Below, piece after piece: positions 11,790 through 21,540 of a DNA stretch of 34,626 bases. The DNA is from Octopus bimaculoides (lineage: Eukaryota). The position numbers were made by a program, and so were the translations under genes. Positions within the stretch are counted from its first letter, which is position 1; each line of letters opens with the position of its first letter. The DNA lies in the NCBI RefSeq assembly GCF_001194135.2, contig NC_068981.1, positions 137,963,569 through 137,998,194 of the forward strand, in the 5' to 3' direction. Under the pieces are notes generated by a model that did not search any database, was not told the origin of the DNA, and saw nothing but the letters and a program-made list of their open reading frames with translations.

Positions 11790-12508
11790 GGATCTTTCTG
11801 ATTTGGCAGACACCATTTGTTTTCTAACGAAACACTTTCAAACTTGGGATACTGGTAGAATGTGTCATATAAAACATCTTTTTCTCTTAGCTTTGTTAAG
11901 AAAAGTTTCTATATTCCAAGTTATTTCATGTTAAAAGTTGTCGCATTTCGGTAATTTCAACCAATCACTGACGTCTATTGAGGTGAAAACAATTACTCTG
12001 GCGGTNNNNNNNNNNNNNNNNNNNNNNNNNNNNNNNNNNNNNNNNNNNNNNNNNNNNNNNNNNNNNNNNNNNNNNNNNNNNNNNNNNNNNNNNNNNNNNN
12101 NNNNNNNNNNNNNNNNNNNNNNNNNNNNNNNNNNNNNNNNNNNNNNNNNNNNNNNNNNNNNNNNNNNNNNNNNNNNNNNNNNNNNNNNNNNNNNNNNNNT
12201 TAGGGTTAGGGATAGGGTTTTAGAGTTAGTGTTAGGGTTAGGGTTACCAGGGACTAACGATATATACACCGCCACAAATTATTGTTGACAAAGAACAGCA
12301 GTAACTGTATTCAGCTGAATAGACGTCAGTGATTGGTTGAAATTACCGAAATACGACAATTTTTAACATGAAATAACTTCGAATATAAAATTTTTTCTCT
12401 GTTGTATAAGATAAAATATACAAGTACACGAAGTTTTAAAGTGTTTCCGTAGAAAACACTAAATAAAAACTAAATAAAAAAATGGTGTCCGTCTCATCAG
12501 AAAGATCC
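11790..12508 (+). mobile_element. Non-autonomous TIR element with TTAGGG core, copy 1
   Basis: Ends GGATCTTTCTGAT... and ...ATCAGAAAGATCC (about 28-bp TIR, 4 mismatches). TSD CTCTCTCC at 11782-11789 and 12509-12516. Inner inverted repeat 11918-11979/12318-12379 (60/62). TTAGGG-like tract 12200-12245. Gap 12006-12199. Confidence 0.9.
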
Positions 12509-13973
12509 CTCTCTCCCTCACAATGGTCTACAAAGCAAGGCTAGATTTTCCACTACGCGTGAACATTAATTTTGTGCAATTGAACCTTAACTTCTTGTAT
12601 TTTCTCCCTCTTTCTTTTTACTGTAGGTTTTATTTTCTATAAGATGGGAATTTCAGTTAATTGAAAATTCTGATTATGTAACCCATGGTAGAGCCCCTTG
12701 GTATTTCATCAAAATTTATGACATTGATGCACTTAAGTTTTTTTTTCCATAGTTCATTTTACGATTATATATATATTTTTTTTAAATTTCAGTAGCGCCG
12801 TCTACTTTGTACGAAAAACAATGCTCATGACAATTTTCAGGACCTCTGTGACATTTCTCTCCCTCACTTCCGAAATATTTTAATGTGATAGAAACGCTTT
12901 CGAATAACCATCATATCTATCACTTGAGACTATCTTTTCTCAATGGAATAGGACTGGTTACCACAGAGTAGGATATACTATAGATCTGCTTTCATCTGTC
13001 ACATATAAGGAGAGGTTTACTTTGAAGACATTTCTTGGTCTGAAGATATGTTGTTGTCCATAACAGACATAGCACAGCATTAAAGAACATATGGGACAAA
13101 GATGTATTCTTCTTTTATACTTCTTACACTGGCTTCTGTCATTGGACTATAGGCATACTAACGAAATATCTTCAGGGGCTTTTAAATGGCTATATCGCGC
13201 CCAGAATTTTGTCTGGTACTTCATTGTTTTTGTAAGATACGAAATGTAAAGTGGGTGTTGGTTTCAAAGAAATAAATTAATTGGGTATTCATACAGGAGG
13301 GTATTTCCGTTCAAAGACACCTGCGTTTTTCACTTCAGATTGATATATGTGCGTGTGTATGTGTGTGTGTATGCATATGTATTATGTGTGTATGCGTGTG
13401 TATGTATATGTATGTATGCGTGTGTATGTATGTATACGTCTGTATGTGTGCGTGTCTATGTATGCATATATAGTGTGTATGTAAGAATGAGAGAGAGAGA
13501 GAGAAGCTTTCCAGTTATACATTTACTTAAGAGAAATATTGAAAGATTTTACATCGTCTGCACTCTCCACAGTTAAAGAGCTTTCGAATAAATAACTTTA
13601 GATTTATTCTACATATGTTTCATACATGTGTGCGTGTGTGTGTATAAATAGAGAGAGAGAGTGAGCGACAGAATGATACACACACACACACACACACACA
13701 CATACACATACATACACACACACATACACACACACACATATATACATATATATATATATATATATANNNNNNNNNNNNNNNNNNNNNNNNNNNNNNNNNN
13801 NNNNNNNNNNNNNNNNNNNNNNNNNNNNNNNNNNNNNNNNNNNNNNNNNNNNNNNNNNNNNNNNNNNNNNNNNNNNNNNNNNNNNNNNNNNNNNNNNNNN
13901 NNNNNNNNNNNNNNNNNNNNNNNNNNNNNNNNNNNNNNNNNNNNNNNNNNNNNNNNNNNNNNNNNNNNNNNNN

Positions 13974-14008
<35 letters not shown>

Positions 14009-14151
14009 ATATATATGTATATATATATAAGAGTATTGTAGTTCGCTTGAAGCATTGTGTATTGTTTGTAAAGAATAAAAAGTTTTGCATGGTACAACAA
14101 TGCACTATTATACAAAAAAATTTAGCGTTATAAAAGATTATAGCAGCAACT

Positions 14152-14198
14152 CCATCTAAGAATATGTGAAGAAGGAATTGTATTCCGAAATATCATGG
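14152..14198 (+). ncRNA. Degenerate minimal hammerhead-ribozyme-like motif (PLE type), candidate
   Basis: GTGAAGA-A-[GGAAT tgt ATTCC]-GAAA-TATC-ATGG. Core C3 is changed to G. The stem I partner CCAT (14152-14155) is displaced by 10 nt. Confidence 0.35.
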
Positions 14199-14280
14199 GA
14201 CTATTGATAACTAAATTGCAACAGGTATATAGTCCATTTTTTTGTATTATAGTGCATTGTTGTACCATTCAAAACTTTTC

Positions 14281-14319
<39 letters not shown>

Positions 14320-14321
<2 letters not shown>

Positions 14322-14660
14322 CCCTCGATCCAATAATACCGTTTAAAAACCCTATGCTTGGAATAACCGGTTTTAAATACTGTTGGACCTTACACACAAA
14401 GTACAGGAAACTTATATGTATACCATTCTGCTTAAATAATGATGTAATATCCCTGCATATCTCACGTCTTTTTCATTCCTCCACTTGACTCTCTATTTCA
14501 TATCTTCCCTAGAATAACTATTGTTTAACCATTTTTTCGCACCGTCTCCGATGAAGGGATATATAAAATATCTTGGAAACGGCTGTAAGACCTTCTCTTT
14601 GTAAATGTTCTGAAATCTTTCACACAGCCTTGGATTTTTATCTTATTCTGTTAATTTATA
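14320..14660 (+). mobile_element. Probable Penelope-like element terminal (pLTR) non-coding sequence
   Basis: Inferred from the hammerhead-like motif it contains. No coding remnant seen. Confidence 0.4.
14544..14591 (+). ncRNA. Type I hammerhead-ribozyme-like motif (PLE-associated), core variant
   Basis: Stem I GTCT/AGAC; core CCGATGA (U4 changed to C); stem II GGGATAT/ATATCTT; GAAAC-ggct-GTA (short stem III and cleavage triplet). Confidence 0.6.
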
Positions 14661-14980
14661 TATATATATATATATATATATGTCTTAGCGTTATAAAAGA
14701 CAGCGTGTGTTAACAGAGGTCGCTTAGCATCATGGTACAGGCCACTCAGCTGGAGTTTGAGCGGTACAAGATTCGATTCTCTATAGCAACTTGCTGATCA
14801 CTCACCCCCACCCCGCCTTCAAGGGTGTGTGTGTAGGGGTATTTACCCAAATTTCTAAGCTGTTTTTACAGTTATTCTTCGCCCGCAATTCCCTCTATTG
14901 TCTGTCTAATATACTGACTCACTCGGCGTTTCAAAGTTTATATAAATATACGTATGCATGTATGTATGTATGTATGTATG

Positions 14981-15014
<34 letters not shown>

Positions 15015-15499
15015 TGTATGTATGTATGTATNNNNNNNNNNNNNNNNNNNNNNNNNNNNNNNNNNNNNNNNNNNNNNNNNNNNNNNNNNNNNNNNNNNNN
15101 NNNNNNNNNNNNNNNNNNNNNNNNNNNNNNNNNNNNNNNNNNNNNNNNNNNNNNNNNNNNNNNNNNNNNNNNNNNNNNNNNNNNNNNNNNNNNNNNNNNN
15201 NNNNNNNNNNNNNNNNNNNNNNNNNNNNNNNNNNNNNNNNNNNNNNNNNNNNNNNNNNNNNNNNNNNNNNNNNNNNNNNNNNNNNNNNNNNNNNNNNNNN
15301 NNNNNNNNNNNNNNNNNNNNNNNNNNNNNNNNNNNNNNNNNNNNNNNNNNNNNNNNNNNNNNNNNNNNNNNNNNNNNNNNNNNNNNNNNNNNNNNNNNNN
15401 NNNNNNNNNNNNNNNNNNNNNNNNNNNNNNNNNNNACAGAAAGGAACACAGAAAGAAACAAGGAGAGAAAAAAATGTGTGTAGTGGCTAGGGATCTATC

Positions 15500-15725
15500 A
15501 TGGCGAAAATCCTTTCGTTCAAAAAGTTCAAAGGCTTCAGATGTCGTGGCGTATTGGAGCAATTTTTCATCAACAGAAGAGTCCAGAGTAATCCATAGGC
15601 AGGAGAATTGCAGCCGGAGTTTCATTTGCACAATATGTATTTTTTTTAAAGACAGTAAAAATTCCGAAAATCGGCTATAATAATGTAGCATTCCAGTCTC
15701 ATAGTTTTGTAGGTTGATGTTGTGG
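15500..15725 (-). pseudogene. Possible PLE RT C-terminal (thumb) remnant
   Basis: GMLHYYSRF...LKKIHIVQMKLRLQFSC loosely resembles the recalled PLE motif YLHYxSxHP...KxSIxYSQALRxxRICS. Weak. Confidence 0.3.
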
Positions 15726-16745
15726 AGGAAAAAATGAAGGAAAAAGTTACAGAGGTTAAAAGATCGAAAAAACTGTATATTTTTAGCCAATAGCGAGACT
15801 TTAAGGTTATACCCTGTAAAATTTAGTTTAGCGTCTGACCTGTTCGTTATAGGTTTCTAAATAAACATAAATACCTAATAAAACCAACATGTATCATCTT
15901 ACTGTTTCTTTTGTCTCTTCATTGATTGTATGGTTTTGTTATTTTAAAAAATTTGTTATATCAATATATTTGTCTGCATGTGTTTACTTTATTCGTATTT
16001 CAGTACTATGTATATGTCATGTATTTACGTACATTATCAATATATAAGTGCATGTGGATGTATGTATTCATATATAAGTTTATATGTACATTTATGCATT
16101 CGTGTGTGTATGTGTGTGTGTGAAAGGGCGTCTGTCTCCAAAACTCCAAAGTTGAGTAACGTTTTCATGCTTGGATTTGTAAACTACGATACGAATAACA
16201 CTGGTCAATAGAATTTGTCCCAAGGAAAAGAATACCTGTATCTTGTATGTTTTTGCATGCAGAATTCAAAAATAATGTCAAATTATCTGTATCACCCACA
16301 GTTTCTCAGTTCCTGTTACGTGGGCTAAATCCCTCTCAGTTCCGGTTACGTGGGCTACATTTCAGTTATGCTGTTGAAATGTGAAGCTAACGGTTTAAGA
16401 AATATTCCTAATTTAAATTTTTATGAACAGAATTAACCTAGTGAAATCATAAATCCAGCTATCTGAGTCAATGAGTCCCAAAATATATGAAATAAGAAAA
16501 TATGTAAAAATACTAACACACAGAAAAAAGCACAGAAAAATATAAACGCACCGAAGCACAGAAAAATATATAATATACTAACACACACAGAAAAATAAAA
16601 ACAAAACACGCGGGTGAAAAGAATCTTGTGGTGTGAAGAATTAAGTGTGAAAGATCAACATAGACAACAGCGGCAGAGACAATAGGGAACCACAACACAG
16701 CGTGTGATTGTCCTGGTAACAAACTGCTAATGCCACGCTGTCTGA

Positions 16746-16932
16746 TGATTGGCTAAAATTACCCAAATGTCCCAACTTTAATGCCAAATAACGTCAGATT
16801 CTTTAATTTTCGAGATAAAGTAATTAGTTGATCGTAATCAAAAAATTCAGAGCTGCATCAATACACCAAAATTGAAAGCAATCTGAGCAAAATTAAGTGG
16901 GGTTCATTTTGCGAATGAGAAAGACCAGATCC
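16746..16932 (+). mobile_element. Probable solo right arm of a diverged relative of the GGATC-TIR family
   Basis: TGATTGGCTAAAATTACCCAAAT...CAACTTTAA...AAATAAC matches the inner-repeat motif TGATTGGTTGAAATTACCGAAAT...CAACTTTAA...AATAAC. It ends in AGATCC about 185 bp later, as the full copies do. No left arm or TSD found. Confidence 0.5.
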
Positions 16933-17364
16933 TATTTTGTTAAGAACATAGTAGAGTACAGTATAAAGCGCAACCACCTTCAGATTTCATCTGGTGCTAT
17001 CCAGGAGTTGTATTATACGTACTTCCAGGTTTGCGTTGGAGCATCTGTCGTGTGTGAATAGATAATTGACAAATTTGGAGTCAACAAGAAGGACATTTAT
17101 TTTTTAATCACTACAATTGTTTCCACGCAACGTAGTTCTCTATGCGTGCAAGTACTTGATTATACAACCGCTTCCCTGCATTATAAGATCTAGTTGTGTT
17201 TCCTCAGGTGATATGTAGATACCGTCTCCGTAAGTTCGCATTCTCGGCTTCAATAACATCCTCTCTATCTGTCATGGCCAGAATTTTTCAATTGTCGACC
17301 CGTAACCATGGAAATTAATTTTTTTGTTTATTTTTTGGTTATTTTCATTATGGTTGTAATATTC

Positions 17365-18122
17365 TTTTCTACTCTAGGCACAAGGCCCGAAATTTTGGGG
17401 GAGGGAACCAGTCGATTTGATCAACCTCAGTACGCAACTGGGATCTATTTTAAAACGGGGGCCACATTTTTCATTAATGTTTTACGTAGTGTTTTTGGTA
17501 CGGAAAGACTTTCAAACTTCGTATACTTATCTATTTTGTGTTATAGAACAGAAAAATATTTTTGTATTCGAATTTATTTCATGTAAAAAAATTGTCTTAT
17601 TTCGATAATTTCAACCAATCACTGACAAGTATTCAGTTGTTTACATTTACTCCTTTGGCTGATTAAGCGATGTAAAGCGTATTTAATCTCCATACCTTCG
17701 TTTTATTTGCTTTTTTCATTTTAAATNNNNNNNNNNAGGGTTAGGGTTAGGGTTAATTGTTTCAGAATCGTTTGTTTATGTAGTCGGCACTTAATGTATA
17801 TCGGCTGAATGGACGTCAGTGATTGGTTGAAATTACAGAAATACGACAACTTTAACATGGAATAACTTATGGATTTCTTTTTTTTTAAAGAAGACTAAGA
17901 GAAAAAGATGTTTTATATGACACATTCTACCAGTGTTCCAAGTTTCAAAGTGTTTCGTTAATGAAAAATGTGGCCCCCGTTTTAAAAAAGATCCCGCAAC
18001 TGGTATTTAATCTATCAACCCCGAAAGGATGAGAAGCAAAGTCGACCTCGGTGGAATTTGAACTCAGAACGTAAAGACTAACGAAATACCGACGTGCCAA
18101 CGTTTCTGCCAGCTCGCCGCCT
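17365..18122 (-). mobile_element. tRNA-derived SINE (type B) interrupted by the TIR element copy 2
   Basis: Segments 17365-17440 and 18003-18122 join across the TSD into the same SINE seen at 21932-22130 (head AGGCGGCGAGCTGGCAGAA, B box GAGTTCAAATTCC). Confidence 0.9.
17441..17994 (-). mobile_element. Non-autonomous TIR element with TTAGGG core, copy 2 (arms inverted relative to copies 1 and 3)
   Basis: 37-bp TIR GGATCT(A/T)TTTTAAAACGGGGGCCACATTTTTCATTAA (1 mismatch). TSD CGCAACTG at 17433-17440 and 17995-18002. TTAGGG tract 17737-17755 after a 10-N gap. Confidence 0.92.
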
Positions 18123-18249
18123 ATAGGTTGTAATATTGCAAATAGAATGAAATGGCCATACTGCGACACTTCGATCAGAGATTTGAACGACCAGAGTTGC
18201 CCTGAGAGTGGATAAAACATCAAAAGCAACTGCATCAGGAATTTTTATA

Positions 18250-18528
18250 TTCTTTCCAAAATGAATCCTGTAGCAATTTCAAAACCAAAAGTAATTTTTA
18301 TGTACAGGAAAGTAGATAAAAACGAAAGGTTTGCTGAGAATGGATGTCGTTGCTGCAAGGAATGTGAGAAACTGTAATTGAAGACTCAGAGAATTCGACT
18401 TGGTGATATGGTTTAAAAGGATATCTAAACAGAATTGGAATGATATTGATGCTTATTATAGTGAAAGGGCTGATTACTGCTGGATTTTAACGCTAAATAA
18501 TGAGGCAAAATGTGACAGAAGATGGTAA
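18250..18528 (+). pseudogene. Possible decayed transposase C-terminus with ADYCW motif (CMC/Chapaev3-like)
   Basis: Fragments FFPK-NPVAIS, ERF and ADYCWIL (18469-18489) occur in the order of the recalled motif FFPENLGAVS...ERFHQD...ADYCW. Highly degenerate; the family assignment is from memory. Confidence 0.35.
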
Positions 18529-18589
18529 GTGACTTGATTAATGCATTAATCTTAAAGTAGTGACAGTTGTAGAGCAAGAGGCTGCCTTT

Positions 18590-18680
18590 GTTATTGTTTA
18601 GGCCCAGGTAATTTTTAATTGGTCAGAGCTATGATCAAAAGCATTCCACCTATGACCATCCTGTCATTTTTACAAAATCT
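18590..18680 (-). mobile_element. AAC-tailed dispersed repeat, 3' fragment
   Basis: TTGTTTAGGCCCAGGT...TATGATCAAAAGCATTCCA...TGACCATCCTGTC is the reverse complement of the family 3' end. Confidence 0.5.
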
Positions 18681-18944
18681 GTATTAACACATACTTTTGT
18701 ATAAGACACCCACCAAAAGTGCCACGCAGTGGGATCAAACATTATACTACGTAGTACATCATTTCCTTTCACAAGCTGGTAAGATCAATTCCAAGGAGCT
18801 TTTACTGCTTTGTTCCGTTGGGTTCATTGGTAGCATAGATGCTTAACACCATCATTAGGTTAAAGCAAGAGGTGAATTCTAGACATGTCCAGAATGGTTT
18901 CTGATTTTAAACCAGAACTATTTGGAAGAAGGCTAAGTTGAAAC

Positions 18945-19085
18945 CATTGATATCAGTAGTTTATTTTATCGACCTTGAAAAGATGAAAAACAAAGTTGAT
19001 CTTGACGGCGTTAGAATTCAGAATGGCTAGAACCGGAATAAATCTTGACCGGCATTTTTTCCGATATTCTACTAATTCTGCCATT
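18945..19085 (-). mobile_element. SINE type B, degenerate fragment
   Basis: TTTATCGACCTTGAAAAGATGAAAAACAAAGTTGATCTTGACGG matches the family core ATCGACCCCGAAAGGATGAAAGGCAAAGTCGACCTCGG. Confidence 0.65.
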
Positions 19086-19679
19086 TCCCTATCTAAATCT
19101 AAACATCTAGAGAAAGTGATCTGGATAACAAAGAAAAGAAAAGTATATACATTAATATAATAAAATTGCAGTGGATATTAACCGAAGATGGTTTACATGA
19201 GTCGACAGTTTGTTTTTGATTAGTAAAACCGCAATATTTAAGGAAGAGAAATATCTTGAATGAAAATTTCTAATTAGAACATCTTAGCTTCATTCGATAT
19301 TTTTATACTTTAGTGTATAGCCCACTTAATCCTTACAACGATTAAAGCATTAATACACTTAAGAAATACTTATGAGTATCACAAATTTTAATTTACCACT
19401 TTCTTAAAGCATTAAGCTGCTATACGTTCTCAAAAAAAAAAAATATTCCCTTAGCTTATCTAGTTTGAAATTTCTCAGAGTCATCAGAGCGTGGAAAAAT
19501 GTCTTGCAGTGTTTGTTCCGGTTTTCTGCGTTCTAAATTTCACCGATGTCGAGTTGACCTTTTATCCTGTCGTCGTCGTCATCATCATCATCAAAGTCCT
19601 GGACATTACTGTCTCGAGTCATGGGACTGATAAGGCTGGTTACCCAGTTTCCATATCACAACATTCCCTCTGAACAGGA

Positions 19680-19790
19680 TGCCAGCTCGGTGGACAGGAG
19701 CAACGTAAAATAAAGTGTTTAACTCATGAACTCATCGCACCACTCGATCCGGGAATCGAAACCACAATCATGCGATCGAGAGTGCAGAGC
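19680..19790 (-). mobile_element. tRNA-derived SINE head (third type)
   Basis: Minus strand CGATCGCATGATTGTGGTTTCGATTCCCGGA carries a B-box-like GTTTCGATTCC, followed by CACTTTATTTTACGTTGCTCC. Confidence 0.5.
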
Positions 19791-19929
19791 GATGGATTAG
19801 CAGAATTGTCAGACGAGATGCCACAGAATATTGCCTCTGTTTTCTCACACTCGAGTTCTGCTTTTAGAATAAATTCTGTCATTCCTCCTACCAACATACG
19901 GGAGGCCGGACATTTTTTTTTTCACTTAG

Positions 19930-20990
19930 GGAATTCCCTGTTTGCGTCACACATCTTGGTGTCATACCTTCTGAGTCATTGATCACATCAGCTTCGATTT
20001 CAGTCGTCGCACACTTAAGGGGTGAGTCCTTTGCACCGCAGTCCTTCCGAGATTGCTGATACTCTGTTTAGTTTTGCTCCCTAGCTGAAGGGCAGTACTG
20101 TGATGTGGCTATCGGTGTGCAATATCGATTTCTGGGAACCATAAGTGAGAGCTATGCCGTAGTCAAAAGACCTGACTTCCTTTTTATGTGTAAAGATGTG
20201 CAGCTCACGCTTTACATAGGTACTATCTCGGATCTATTTTAAAACGGGGGCGCCAGTATTTTCTTAACGAAACACTAACGAAACACTTTGAAACTTGGGA
20301 CACTGGTAGAATGTGTCATATAAAACATCTTTTACTCTTAGTCTTCTTAACAAAAAAAAAAGGAATTCGTAAGTTATTCCATGTTAAAGTTGTCGTATTT
20401 CTGTAATTTCAACCAATCACTGACGTCCATTCAGCCGAATACATTAAGTGCTGGGCGGTCATAAAAATGTTATTCCCTGTGACATATTTCATCCGGTTTA
20501 ATCGTAATTTATACGCATATATTGTTTATATAATAAATTACGCTGTGCGTATCTATGTGTGTAACAATTTTAGAGTTCGGATTCTCGAGTTAGGGTTAGG
20601 GTTAGGGTTACGGTTACGGTTAACAGTCTAGTTAGGGTTAGTGTTAGGGTTAGGGGATTAATACGACATACACCGTTACAGCGCTAACTGTTTTCAACTG
20701 AATAGACGTCAGTGATTAGTAGAAATTATCGAAATAAGACAATTTTTTACATGAAATAAATTCAAATACAAAAATATTTTTCTGTTCTATAACACAAAAT
20801 AGATAAGTACACGAAGTTTGAAAGTCTTTCGGTGCCAAAAACACTACATAAAACATAAATGAAAACTGGCGCCCCCGTTTTAAAATAGATCCACTATCTC
20901 TTACGCACTACGCCAATGGCATCAGTCTATCGGCATTAGAGGCCCGGGAAATATTATCGTAACCGTCGCTCTCTCCTTCTGACTTAAACA
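19930..20990 (-). pseudogene. Possible decayed LINE ORF2 remnant interrupted by TIR element copy 3
   Basis: Minus-strand fragments VRSFDYG and LSVRRLKSKLM resemble the VRSxLDYG and LExRRxxxxL motifs of CR1/L2/I-group ORF2. Weak. Confidence 0.35.
20230..20892 (+). mobile_element. Non-autonomous TIR element with TTAGGG core, copy 3 (gap-free, 663 bp)
   Basis: Perfect 28-bp TIR GGATCTATTTTAAAACGGGGGCGCCAGT. TSD ACTATCTC at 20222-20229 and 20893-20900. Inner inverted repeats around CAACCAATCACTGACGTC. TTAGGG and variant tract 20589-20656. Confidence 0.95.
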
Positions 20991-21082
20991 TAGAAAAGGT
21001 AACGATTATTTCCACCTCACTGGGAGTGTTATTTTGATCTATTATATTTTTTGCTTCATTACATTTAAAACGTTAGAAGCAA

Positions 21083-21244
21083 AGAAGGCAGCGAACGGCA
21101 TTTCGTTCGTCTTTACATTTTGAGATCAAAATCCACCGAGGACAGCTTCGTCTTTCCTCATTTCGGGGTCGATAAAATAAGTACCAGTTGATCACTGGGG
21201 TTGATGTAATCGACTTATCCCCTCTCCCGAAATTGCTGGCCTAG
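21083..21244 (+). mobile_element. SINE type B copy
   Basis: TTTCGGGGTCGATAAAATAAGTACCAGTTGATCACTGGGGTTGATGTAATCGACTT core. Confidence 0.8.
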
Positions 21245-21335
21245 TGTATGTTTGCACCAAACTTAGCATTTGGTTTCATGTAAAACGTGTTACTGGTTAT
21301 TTCCCCCTACTTGCTCTTATGTTAGTCTGGAGTGT

Positions 21336-21540
21336 AAGGCGGTAAGCTGGTAGAATCGTTTACGCGCCGTACAAAATGCTTACGGTATTTCTTCAGGCTC
21401 CTTACGTTCAGAGTTCAAATGTCGTCGAGGTCGACTTTCCTATTTACCTCTTCGGGGTCGATAAAAAAAAAAAGGAGTCATTTGAACACTGGAGTCAATG
21501 TAATCGACAAACAGTTGCTGGCTTTGTGCCAAAATTTCAA
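21336..21540 (+). mobile_element. SINE type B copy
   Basis: Head TAAGGCGGTAAGCTGGTAGAATCG, B box GAGTTCAAAT, core GAGGTCGACTTT...CGGGGTCGATAAAA. Confidence 0.85.

Noticed and set aside
16960-17310. Possible LINE RT fragment on the minus strand
   Set aside because: The resemblance (GKRLYNQVLARI) is too weak to support without an alignment.
12200-20656. TTAGGG tracts as a true telomere or chromosome-fusion scar
   Set aside because: The tracts are short, degenerate and each enclosed in a TIR element with TSDs.
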